Positions 23,227 to 34,399 of a DNA stretch of 64,000 bases are shown here, in pieces. The stretch covers positions 23,699,434 through 23,763,433 of the forward strand of contig JAHRHZ010000022.1 of assembly GCA_024137785.1 (NCBI GenBank), read 5' to 3'. Each line of letters begins with the position of its first letter. The first letter of the stretch is position 1. The translations under genes were made by a program, and so were the position numbers. Source of the DNA: Ginglymostoma cirratum (Eukaryota). The notes under the pieces were generated by a model, which was not told the DNA's origin, did not search any database, and saw nothing but the letters and a program-made list of their open reading frames with translations.

Positions 23227-24689
23227 CTGTAAAATATACAATAGACTTGTCACTGCCTTGATCCCGAGGTGCCCACAAATCATCAGCGATTGACCCGTAC
23301 GTTCAAAGGGTCAGATTGACGTCCTGACCATGACTGGTGGGAGGTCTCCAATGGGAGCATACCACACACAGCAAGCTGGGAAAGGTGAATGCCCCATGCA
23401 ATCAAGAACTCATCACCAGGGGAGAGGGGTGGGGGATACATTCCGGGCTATCAACAAATCCCACCATCCATTCCGAGCTTTTGACACAGCTGCTCGATAC
23501 TTCACATATAATTCCCATCCCTTGGAATGACATTAATAGATAAACACATTAAAACAACATTGTTCTCCCTCTTTGGTTACAGGGGAAGGTTCCCCCCCCC
23601 CTTTAAAAAAATCTGTCTTTTTGTTTTCACACAACAGGTTAATGCAAAGGGCAACCACTGAAATTTACTTGCGCCGGCGAAGCCCTGAAACCAGTCTCAG
23701 TAGATCTATGAAACTCTCTCGGCACAAATGTGTTAATTTGCCATCTTCTCGTAAAACTCAAGTAACTCATTATGCAAGTTCTCTCTCTCTCCAAAGAGGC
23801 AGACTCCTGCAGGAAAATCGACTGTTTAGCTGTGCAGAAAGAGCCAAATGTCATCAGCGTAAATATGAAGTACATGATTTTACATAAACTGGTGTGCGCA
23901 GCAATTCACAAGTTAGCTGTTTACCGGTACAACTGAAAACTCCTCTCTGGATGGCTAATGAGGCTGCGTTGACAAAATGAATTTCCACTCTGTACTTTTG
24001 ACAAAAATACAACAAAAACCTAAAGCTCCAGGGATTTGCTGAACAGCTTTAACAATGTACGGGAAGCGCTTAACTGTCTGAACACATGAGCAATGACAGA
24101 TAGGGAAAAACCGTCTTCAAACTTGTTCCAAACATTTTTTGAGAGTTATGCATTCACCATATATGCCTTACCCATTTCAACCTACCCCAAAACATTGTGA
24201 TATCCGAGAGAAAGGCAAAAAGCACAGGTAAGTTCTGGGTCAAATTGAGAATGGAAAAACTGGAAGGTTCTTCTATACTTCCTTCGGCAATTGAATCTGT
24301 TCCAGGAGGTCAGTCCAACACCAGTTAATAGTAGGAAGTACCTACTTGTTGAAGAAAATGATGAGCCCAACCACATCCATGTTCACTACACATTTTGACA
24401 GGTTCACCTATATTAGAGTTTTTTTTGGATGAGACATTCAACTCAAGATCCTATCTCAGGTAGTCAGAGAAAAACTCCACTTCAGCGTTTGAAGACAAAC
24501 AGGGTGTCAAGCTTTTGCAAGGTTGACCACACCATCCCTCTTCAGCACTACAATCCAGGTGGATGGGACTGTGTTCACAAGGCTCCATTCTTATCTCTGC
24601 AGCCACGACCAGAGACTCATCTGCAGTCGTTTCTCCTCCTGCTCCTCTGGACAACCCAGGGATCTATCTGTGGCTCAGTCATATTTTTC

Positions 24690-25210
24690 ATTCAGCCCCC
24701 TGGTGGCATCATGTAAAAACACTGTATTCGTTTTCATGTGTACACTTGACAACACCCAGGTCTGTCTCCTCACCATCCCTCACACCTTTTCCACTGCCTC
24801 CTCAAGACTTTCTTGTCCAAGTACTAGATGAGGCAGAAGCAATTGCCTTTAATCCCTACACAAACTTCATTCCATAGCCACCAACTCAATCCCTCTTGCT
24901 GGCAGATGTCTGTGTCTGAACCAACCTGTCAGTGATATTTCACTCTGAATGAGATATCAAACATATACACAATCTCTAAGAGGATCTATTTTGCACCTCC
25001 TAACTTTGCTAACTTTGCCCCTGCTTCAGTTCATCTTCTCCTAAAAGTCTTCCTCCCACTTTTGTAAGCTCCAGATTTGTCTATTCCAGCGTGCTAATGG
25101 CTAGCCACCTATCTACCCCATCTGCACAAATTCTGCTGCCCCACCCAACTGTCACATTCTGTTGGATCCTGCCCCAGGAATGTCTCAATTTTAATATTCT
25201 CAAGCTTGAT
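24690..25210 (+). mobile_element. L2 LINE RT fragment (left part)
   Basis: cccctggtggcatcatgtaaaaacac...ttcatgtgtacacttgacaacacccaggtctgtctc resembles PLGDIIRKH..FHMYADDTQLYL. Confidence 0.6.
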
Positions 25211-25214
25211 ATTC

Positions 25215-26702
25215 TCAAGCTAATGTCACTCCAATATTCAAAAAAGGGAGATAGGGAGAAAACAGGGAATTATGGACCACTGAGCCTAATATCGATAGTG
25301 GGGAAAATTCTTGAATCCATTGTCAAAGATTTTATAGCAGAGCATTTAGAAAGCAGTGGCAGGATCAGACAGAATCAGCATGGATTTATTAAAGGGAAAT
25401 CCTGCTTGACAAATCTGTTGGAACTGTCTGAAGATGTAACTAGTAGATTTGACAAGGGGGAGCCAGTTGATGTTGTATATTTGGACTTTCAGAAAGCATT
25501 TGACAAAGTCCCACATAAGACATTAATGTGCAAGATTAAAACGCATGGGATTGGAGTAAGTGTATTGAGATTGATTAGGAAACTGGTTGGCAGAGAAGAT
25601 ACAGATAGTAGGAATTAATGGATCCTTTTCAAATTAGCAGGCAGTGACTAATGGAATGCCACAGGGATCAGTGCTGAGACCCCAGCTATTCACAATATAT
25701 ATTAATGATTTGGATGAGGGAACAAAATGCAACATCTCCAAGTTTGCAGATGATACCACTGTATCATCAGTGGATCACTGAGATCACTGAGAGGGTGAAC
25801 TGTAACGAGGATGCAGAGATCCTTCAGCATGATCTCGACAGGTTGGCTAAGTGGGCAAATTAATAGCAGATGCAGTATAATTTGGATAAATGTGAAGTTA
25901 TTTACTTCTGAAACAAAAACAAGAAGTCAGATTACTATCTGAATGGCTGTAAATTGGGAGAGGGGAGTGTGCAGTGGGACCTGGGTGTCCTTGTGCACTA
26001 GTCACTGAAGGTTAGCATGTAGGTGCAGCAGGAAGTAAAGAAGGCAAATGGTACACTGGCTTTTATTGCAAGAAGTTTTGAGTACAGGAGCAGGGATGTG
26101 TTGTTGTAGTTGTACAGGGCCTTGGTGAAACCACACCTGGAATATTGTGTGCAGTTTTGTTCTCCTTTTCTGAGGAAGGATACTCTTGCTCTCGAGCAAG
26201 TGCAGCGAAGATTTACCAGGCTGATTCTGGGGATGGTGGGCTTGACATATGAGGAGAGATTGACTAGGTTGGTATTGTTTTCACTGGAGTTCAGACGAAT
26301 GAGGGGGATTCTTATAGACACTTTTAAATTCTAACAGGACTGGACAGGGTAGATGCAGGGAGGATGTTCGCGATGGTGGGTGTGACCAGAACCAGGGGTC
26401 ACAGTATGAGGATTCGGGGTAGATAATTTAGGACAGAGATAAGGAGACATTTCTTCACCCAAAGAGTGTGAGCCCGTGGGACTCATTACCATAGGAGGTA
26501 GTTGATGCCAAAACATTGAATGTATTCAACAGCCAACTAGATATAGCACTTGGGGCGAATGGGATCAAAAGTTTATGGGGAGAAAGCAGGATTAGGCTAT
26601 TGAGTTGGATGATAAGCCATGATTGTGAAGAATGGTGGAGCAGGCTCGAAGGGCTGAGTGGCCTCCTCCTGCTCCTATCTTCTATGTTGCTATGTTTCTA
26701 TG
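25215..26702 (+). mobile_element. CR1 LINE ORF2 RT region to 3' UTR, inserted in L2
   Basis: KKGDREKTGNYGPLSL...QHGFIKGKSCLTNLLE...YLDFQKAFDKVPH; FADDT at about 25743; many stops; tail tctatgttgctatgtttctatg. Confidence 0.93.
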
Positions 26703-26939
26703 ATTTCAAATTCCTCCTAGGCCTCACTTATTACTCTGAAGTCATTGGGTTTTGTAAAGGCATGATGTGCACTGAGCTGTTATAAGTGCTATAAAGGCAA
26801 ATTTGCCATTGAGTAGGTCTCAGTGGCTTGTCCTGTCTTCCACTGAAGAAATAAGTTCTACAGAGTCAGAAGTTTCAATTAGCCTGATTAGTCCCTCAGT
26901 TGGCATTAACCTTCAACCTAACTCAGAAAATTCACAAAT

Positions 26940-27312
26940 GACGTATTCAACAAAAGGCTGAAGAGAAACTTATTTAACTTTAACACTGCATTCTCCTACA
27001 ACCATACAAGTTTCTATGAGCTCTGTGCTCCTCCAGGTCTGATCTCTTCCGTGTCCCTGATTTTAATTACACCATTTCTAATAGTTATGCTTTTAGATAC
27101 TTAAACGTTAACCTCTGGAAGACTTCCGTAAACCTCTCTACCTTTCTTCTCCTTTAGAATACTTTTACCTCTTTGTCCAAGCAGTTGGCCATTTCTCCTA
27201 ATTTCTTTCTTTGTGATTCGGTGTCAGTTTCTCTGCCTAATAATTATTCCTGTGATGTACTTTAGAATGTGTTACTATATGTATTAAAGGCACTATATAA
27301 ATGCAAGCTATT
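26940..27312 (+). mobile_element. L2 LINE 3' end
   Basis: ctctgtgctcctcc...aacctctggaagacttccgtaaacctctc...taaaggcactatataaatgcaag. Confidence 0.6.
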
Positions 27313-27838
27313 GTGTTTTCAAGTTGGTACTATGTGCTGACTATTAACTTCTAGCTGGCGATCTATGTTCTCATTGATCTAGACACTTTCAATCTGGCAC
27401 TATTTGTTCTCCTTTTGGGTTGTATAAGTCTATGGTACTGAATGGTCTCGGACAGTCTTTGGCCATTAATATTTGTTTTTACCATTAGAGTTCCCATTTT
27501 ACAGCAAAATATGGGTCTTGCATCTGCTCTATAGAACTGCCTCTGTAACACTTATTATCATGAAAGAAGGTTTTCATGGCAAACATTTAAGAACAAAGAA
27601 TTAGCAAATGATAGAGAAGATGGATTATTTTTACCACATTCCTTGAGTTTGTGTTGAAGTGCTGTGAGGTGGCTTGGCCCTTAAAACTGCTGCAAGGATT
27701 CAGCTCCTCCAGTGAAAGCCAGCTTCCCCCTCCCTGACAAACCAGTGTGGAATTCCAGGGCAGTGTCAGAAATAACTCCAGGAGAGAGGGTGAGTTACTC
27801 CTGGGGAATAAGTTAAGGAACAATTTGACATGGGTTGG

Positions 27839-27946
27839 AGGGTAGTAAGAACTGCCGATGCTGGAATCAGAGAGAACACAGTGTGGAGCTGGAGGAACAC
27901 AGCAGGCCAGGCAGCATCGGAGGAGCAGGAAAGTTGATGTTCTGGG
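27839..27946 (-). mobile_element. Penelope-derived 3' end (family A variant)
   Basis: agtaagaactgccgatgctggaatcagagagaacac...gatgttctggg; stops in the hammerhead. Confidence 0.75.
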
Positions 27947-28889
27947 ACTGTTGTGGTGGGGTTAGGAGCCCTGAGGGAGCGGAACGTGTGTTGGGGAGCC
28001 CTGTGGGAGGAACTGACATGCCTGTGGAAACCGGGACTATTGAGCAGGTGGGCGTTGTGTACCTGTGGGAGTGCTACCATAAAGCAGAAAACAGAGTGCA
28101 TGCAAAATCTGAGGATCAAAAATACAAGTCAAACAGTGTCATGATGGCAGATAATCTGAGACACGGGACAACTATCTCAAATGCAGGACAGTTGCACTTC
28201 CTGCCTGAAGATCACTGATTAAAATTTCTGGTCAGAACAGGGTCAGATCTGGGGTTTGAAAGGGGCCTGACAAGTTCAGAAACTCTAGCTGATCAAACTT
28301 TCCCTAACAACCACAGCCAACAGGAAAATCTAAGCCATACCCTAATGTCTACTCTTTAGGTTGGCAGAATATAAATAAAATGTGGCTTGGGGGACTAGGG
28401 AAGAAAACCATCTTGATATTAGCATTAAATTAAAAGAAAATGAGGCTATATTACAGTCAGGTTCTTTCTTAAAAATAGCAAATCTAAAACAAAGTATGGG
28501 GTTCCTTTAAGTGCCAAAGAATCCAATTACCAGTTATTCCATTCTTCAGGTTATTAACCTCCATTTTAGCTACTAACTACTAAATTACCCCAATTGAAAA
28601 CAACTAATATTATATTGAACCCAGCTGAAAGCAACAGAATCAACCATCAATAATGCAGATTTCCCACATGCGGTTTGAAAGGAACACATTAACTCTCCAA
28701 TATCAGTTAATTAAGAAGTAAAGTGGCTGTGAATGTCTCTCAATCACTTCACACAAAAGAATAGGTTATGCTGTGTGAAAGCAGGCACACACTATCAAAT
28801 GAAAGCTGCCACAATACAGCAACATTAGGTCTGGAATAGTAGATGCTGACAGCAAGGGTTCCATTGAGCTTCCACAGATGATGTGATAA

Positions 28890-29110
28890 ACAAAGGAACA
28901 GGAGTGGACCATTCAGCCTCTCAGGCATATTCCGTCATTCATTTAGGTCAATGCTGATCTGCAACCCTTACTACCTTTACCTAACAAAAAATCAATCAAT
29001 CACAGTTGTGAAATGCTCAGTTTTGAAATTTTCAATTGACGCCCACTCCCACTGCCACCTCAACAACTTCCTGAGGCGAACAGAGCTCCACAGTTTCACT
29101 CGCCTTTCCT
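28890..29110 (-). mobile_element. Old CR1 3' tail
   Basis: ggaacaggagtggaccattcagcctctc...cagagctccacagtttcac. Confidence 0.6.
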
Positions 29111-29247
29111 GGCGTCTCTCCAGGTTGATCAAAAGCTGTACAGGAGGAATGGTAGATTTCGGGAGCATTAAAGGGCGAGTCTGAGATTTGTTTTGAAATT
29201 TGATTAAGATCCTGAACCACCACATCATCAAACAGTATGACCTAAAG

Positions 29248-29394
29248 GAGATAACAAGCATGGGGCTGAATGAACACAGCAGGTCAAGCAGCATCATAGG
29301 AGCAGGAAAACTTGACGTTTCGGGCCTAAACCCTTCATCAGAAATGGGGGAGGGGAAGAGGGTTCTGAAATAAATAGGGAGAGAGGGGGAGGCG
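29248..29394 (-). mobile_element. Penelope-derived 3' end (family A, young, tail-less)
   Basis: Nearly identical to 2295-2445; gacctaaaggaga duplicated at 29239-29251 and 29395-29407. Confidence 0.88.
29310..29345 (-). ncRNA. Minimal type I hammerhead ribozyme
   Basis: Identical to the 3858-3893 motif on the reverse strand. Confidence 0.75.
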
Positions 29395-29525
29395 GACCTA
29401 AAGGAGAGTCATATTGGGCCTGAAACATTAGCTAGTTTCTGTCTGCCTAGATGCTGCCAGACGTGCTAAGTTTCCCCAGCATTCTGTTTTTGTTCATATT
29501 TACAACTTGGCAGTATTTTCATTTT
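29395..29525 (+). mobile_element. Older Penelope-derived 3' end (family B/C)
   Basis: ctaaaggagagtcatattgggcctgaaacatta...agatgctgccagacgtgctaagtttccccagcattc. Confidence 0.65.
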
Positions 29526-29755
29526 GTTAGGAGGAAATTGGACTGAAACTGGTCGGGAGCACCTGCGAAGCTGCTTCAGTGCTGTGCTAATGCCAACAAT
29601 CCCCCCTGCAGTGAGTGAGGGCTTATCCTCAAAGTGTAAGACTCAGCAGACCGCACTCTTCTCTAAGTTAGTCATTATGGGTTCAAGTCCAACTACAGAT
29701 ACTTGATTATATAATGCAGACAGATACGTAGTACAAAGGGAGCGTCGTACTGTCA

Positions 29756-30349
29756 GAGATAACAATGTGTAGAGCTGGTTGAACACAGCAGGCCAAGCAG
29801 CATCAGAGGAGCAGGAAAGCTGACGTTTCGGGTCGAGACCCTTCTTCAGAAATGGGGGAGNNNNNNNNNNNNNNNNNNNNNNNNNNNNNNNNNNNNNNNN
29901 NNNNNNNNNNNNNNNNNNNNNNNNNNNNNNNNNNNNNNNNNNNNNNNNNNNNNNNNNNNNNNNNNNNNNNNNNNNNNNNNNNNNNNNNNNNNNNNNNNNN
30001 NNNNNNNNNNNNNNNNNNNNNNNNNNNNNNNNNNNNNNNNNNNNNNNNNNNNNNNNNNNNNNNNNNNNNNNNNNNNNNNNNNNNNNNNNNNNNNNNNNNN
30101 NNNNNNNNNNNNNNNNNNNNNNNNNNNNNNNNNNNNNNNNNNNNNNNNNNNNNNNNNNNNNNNNNNNNNNNNNNNNNNNNNNNNNNNNNNNNNNNNNNNN
30201 NNNNNNNNNNNNNNNNNNNNNNNNNNNNNNNNNNNNNNNNNNNNNNNNNNNNNNNNNNNNCTCCTCTGATGCTACTTGGCCTGCTGTGTTCATCCAGCTC
30301 TACACCTTGTTATCTCAGATACTCCAGCATCGGCAGTTCCTACTATCTC
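29756..30349. mobile_element. Fold-back Penelope-derived element
   Basis: Minus arm 29756-29860, 400-N gap, plus arm 30261-30349; TSD gtc(g/a)tactgtca at 29744-29755 and 30351-30362, extended by gagat microhomology. Confidence 0.85.
29822..29849 (-). ncRNA. Hammerhead ribozyme core
   Basis: Reverse complement reads CUGAAGA-A-GGGU(CUCG)ACCC-GAAA-CGUC. Confidence 0.65.
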
Positions 30350-30757
30350 TGTCATACTGTCAGAGATGCCTTTTTTTTGGAGGAGGTGTTGATCCATGGT
30401 CTGATTTGGCCGGTCAGGTGTACATCAGAGACCTCATGGTACAACTTTGAGGATAGAAGCGTAGAAAGTAGAAGCGGGAGTGTGCCATTTGGCTCTTTGA
30501 GACTGTGCCGCCATTTAATATGATCATTATTAATCATCCAACTCAGTGCTCAGTACCTGATCGGATTTCTCCCTCGAGTTCTTATCAATATTTATCCCCC
30601 AGACAACATTGATGTAAAAAAATTATCTGATCATTACCAAAATTGCCTTGCTGTGGGACCTTGCGGTGTTGCACATATTCCAACAGTGACTCCACCTCAA
30701 AGTACTGAGTTGGCTGTAAAGTACTTTGGGAAGTTCTGTAATCATGTAAGCAGTTGA

Positions 30758-30935
30758 ACGAACAAAGAACAAAGAAAATTACAGCCCAGGAACAGGCCCT
30801 TCAGCCCTCCAAGCCTGCACTGATCCAGATCCTCTATCTAAACTTGTCACCCATTTTCCAAGGATCTGTATCCCTCTGCTCCCTGCCCATTCATGTGTCT
30901 GTCTAGATACTTCTTAAATGACACTATCGTGCCCG
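30758..30935 (-). mobile_element. CR1 3' tail
   Basis: gaacaaagaacaaagaaaattacagcccaggaacaggcccttcagccc; antisense SFKKYLDRHMNGQG. Confidence 0.8.
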
Positions 30936-31254
30936 CAATGAATGAAAGTCCATTTCTTTTATTATTAAACTGCCACCAAATCACCTGTGTCTCCAAGTTA
31001 ATGAAGTACAAGGAGGGGACTAAATTAACATGGAGTTGGTGAAGAAAATAATGCACTCCAACCCCCCCACTATGCTGATCTCTTCCTTCTTTTATGCTTA
31101 CCTCACCAATTTAGTCTTTATGGAAAAGTCAAAGTTCCTAATTAAGGGAAAACCAATTCTTGGCATGAAACAGTTATGGTCAATAGTCTGTGCCTATCAG
31201 AAGAATGTAACCTTTTTGTTTTTGTATCAAAAATCTACCAAACACTAAGTGTCA

Positions 31255-31390
31255 TTCTGACAAAGGGTCACTGGACACAAAACATTTACTCTATTTCTCC
31301 CACCGCAGATGCTGCCAGACCTGCTGAATTTCTCCAGCAATTTTTGCCTCTGTTTCAGATTTCAAGGATCCATAATCCTTTGTTTTATTG
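31255..31390 (+). mobile_element. Penelope-derived 3' end (family B), begins at a decayed hammerhead
   Basis: ttctgacaaagggtcactggacacaaaacattta...cagatgctgccagacctgctgaatttctccagcaa. Confidence 0.7.
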
Positions 31391-31526
31391 TATCACTAAG
31401 GTTAAGTCATAGGTGAAGCTATGATGAGTGGTGGTCCTAATTGTGAAGCCCAGAGGAAGGAAAATCAGACTTGTTCCTTTACAATTGTGTGGTCTGACCC
31501 ACCTGGTTCTGCCATGTGATCCATCG

Positions 31527-33006
31527 CCTTCCTTAATGACTACCACCCAGTGGCCCTGACCTCCATAATCGTGAAATGCTTCGAGATGCTGGTCATGGCC
31601 CGCATCAACTCGAGCCTCCCAGCCTGCCTTGATTCCCTGCAATTTGTGTACCTATGTAACAGGTCCACAGCAGATGCCGTTTCCCCAGCCCCGCACTCAT
31701 CCCTGAAACAACAAGGACACCTATGTCAGATTCCTGCTCATCGACAACAGCTCTGCCTTCAACACCATAATCCCCTCTATATTAATCTCAAAACTCTGAG
31801 ACCTAGGTCTCGGCTCCACCCTCTGCAACTGGATCTTCAGTGTCCTGACCCATAGTCCGCAATCAGTGAAGATAGACAACGGCACCTCCTTCATGATAAC
31901 CCTCAATGCTGGTTTAGGCCCGAAACGTCAAGTTTTCCTGCTCCTATGATGCTGCTTGACCTGCTGTGTTCATCCAGCCCCATGCTTGTTATCTCGGATT
32001 CTCCAGCATCTGCAGTACCTTTTATCTCTGATACAATTTTCACCCCCAAGGATGTGTTCTCAGCCCCCTACTATATTCCCTGTGCAACTGCGACTATGTA
32101 GCCAAATTCTGAAAGACCATATCAATAAGTTTGCTGATGACATCACCGTTGTAGGCCGGATATCAAACAATGATGAGTCTGAATACAGAGAGGAGATAGA
32201 GGACTGGGTGTTGTGCTCAATGATAACTATCTTTCTCTCAATGTCTGTAAAACCAAAGAACTGATCATTGACTTCGGAAAGAAAGGAGGAGAACACACCC
32301 TCATTTACATCAATAGAGTGGAGGTGGAGAGGGTTTAGAGCGTCAAGTTCCGAGGAGTAATGATAATTGACAAACTGTCCTGAATCTTCCATGTAGCTGT
32401 AACGGTTAAGAAAGCACAATAATGTCTCTTCTTTCTCAGGCGGCTGAGGAAATTCAACATGTCCATAAGGAACCTCATCAACTTTTACAGATGCACCATA
32501 GAAAGCATACTGTCCAGGTGTATAGTGGCCTGGTACAGCAATTGCTCTGCCCAGGACTGTTAAGAAACTACAGAAGGTTGTGTGCACAGTCCAGATGATC
32601 ATGGAAACCAACCTTCCATCCAAGGACTCCATTTACACTTCTCATTGCTGCAGAAAGGCTGCTAACGTTGTCGAAGACCCCTCCCACCCCAGTAATATTC
32701 CCCTACAATCTCTTCCATCATGCAGAAGATATAGAAGCTTGAACACATGCACCATCAGGTTCAAGAACAGCTTCTTCCCCGCTGTTATTGACTGATGAAT
32801 GGACTCTCTAACTTGCAATAATGTTGATCTTGTTAATGTTGATCTTCCTTCGCACATCTCCTGTGCGGTGTAACCTGTACGCCACACTCTGTCTAAGCAC
32901 CCTATAATCTGTATGTCCTTGCTTACTATGATCTGGCTGTACTGCTCGCAAAACAAAGCTTTTCACTGTGCTAAGGTACATGTGACCACAATAAATCAAA
33001 TCAAAT
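31527..33006 (+). mobile_element. Rex1/Babar-like LINE RT and 3' end
   Basis: LNDYHPVALTSIIVKCFEMLV...LDSLQF...NRSTADAV; KFADDITVVGRISNNDES; RFKNSFFPAV; (aaatc)n tail. Confidence 0.85.
31911..32028 (+). mobile_element. Penelope-derived 3' end (family A) inserted in Rex1
   Basis: Starts inside hammerhead stem II (ggtttaggcccgaaacgtc) and ends at the outer tatctc; no clear TSD. Confidence 0.88.
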
Positions 33007-34399
33007 CTTTGGGTGTGGATCCAAAAGACATCTCCATAGATAAGTTACATTTGAAGCCCAAATTATTTCTTATGTAGGGAGGGAAGGTTGAATGTTATGA
33101 AGCACTAGCATAAGATTTGCTATGGGCAGGTTGGAGATGGGGATTGGACACTTTTCCCCTTTTACCACATCTCAACTGGAGGGGGACAAATGAGTCTTAA
33201 AGGGAAAAATAGATGTTTAAATCTCTTAAATGCTGTTGTTCCAAGAACAGACAGAGGATGCATTTATTCATCACTTTAAAAAAACCGATAACTTTTTATC
33301 TGATACTCAACAATTGAATATATTCATCGCACCACCCACATAGACACATACAAGAAACAATTACAACAAATCGTATGCGCTTAGACCGTTAGAGTACAGA
33401 AGTTTTGCTGTCTGTCTTGATTGCATTGAAATGCAAGTTTGAAATATTTTAGGCTTAAGATTTTCTTTTGTGGTTTACTGAAGAAATGAATGTTTGATGT
33501 TTCTCATGGTAGGTACTCAGGGGCTTACTATTTGCAGTAACAAGTTTCTGGTTTCACTGAAATTGAGGTGCAGTTAAACCACTGTAGCAAAAACCTGGTT
33601 TTCTTCTTCAAATTAATAGGTAAAGGCTGCAGATGGGTTTTAGGCAAGGTTCCTTCTTTGTTGGTTTGGATCAATTCCCTTTCTCTTTCTCAGCTCTCAA
33701 TGTGTTTAAGTAAAAGTTCCTCATCAAAACTGCTTTCTGTGCCATGACTATAGTTTCAGTCTTCCATTGTCTAGATCTGATGACTTGGGCATTGACACAC
33801 AATGGTGTTTGAGTTTCACCCATTTTTATCTACTCATGATAGAATGGATTTCTTTTCATGGCCATTCCGTGGAATCCACTGCCTGGAGGTCTGCAGGTCC
33901 AGCACAAACTAACTTCTGCATTTATCTGGACAATGGGAACCATTAACCACCAGGAGAGACTTGTTGCATCTTATTGTGTTCTCAACAAAATGTCATTTGC
34001 ATTTCCATTTTCTGCTAGGCAAGCGATCTAGCTTCTAATCTTCTGTAGTTCCATGTATGTTGGAGAAATTAAAAGAGGCCACCTGACTTCTCAACACCAT
34101 TTTGTTCAAAGCCAAATGTCCCTGCTGTATTTTCTTTAAAAAGTGGTGTGTATTTTCCATAAGTGCATTAATATAACTGCAAAGTTGTGCCACATTTTGT
34201 ACTTGAATGTCTGAATAGCTTGGAAAATCTATATTTGGAGCAGGATTTGTTTAAAAAGATCACAAGGTAGAATTTGGTTTTCATTGTTGCCAGTCAGAAA
34301 ACAGACACAAAAGTCATCAATTTCAGAAGGCTGCACCTAAAGGTTAGGTAACTTTATTAAATACAAAAGAGTTGACAAAGATGCCCCCCAGAATCCAGA

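Larger units (their letters stand above)
29660..30750 (+). mobile_element. Deu-domain SINE interrupted by a fold-back element and a CR1 tail
   Basis: gggttcaagtccaactacag head; caatatttatcccccagacaacat...gtgggaccttgc...ttggctgtaaagtactttggg. Confidence 0.65.
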
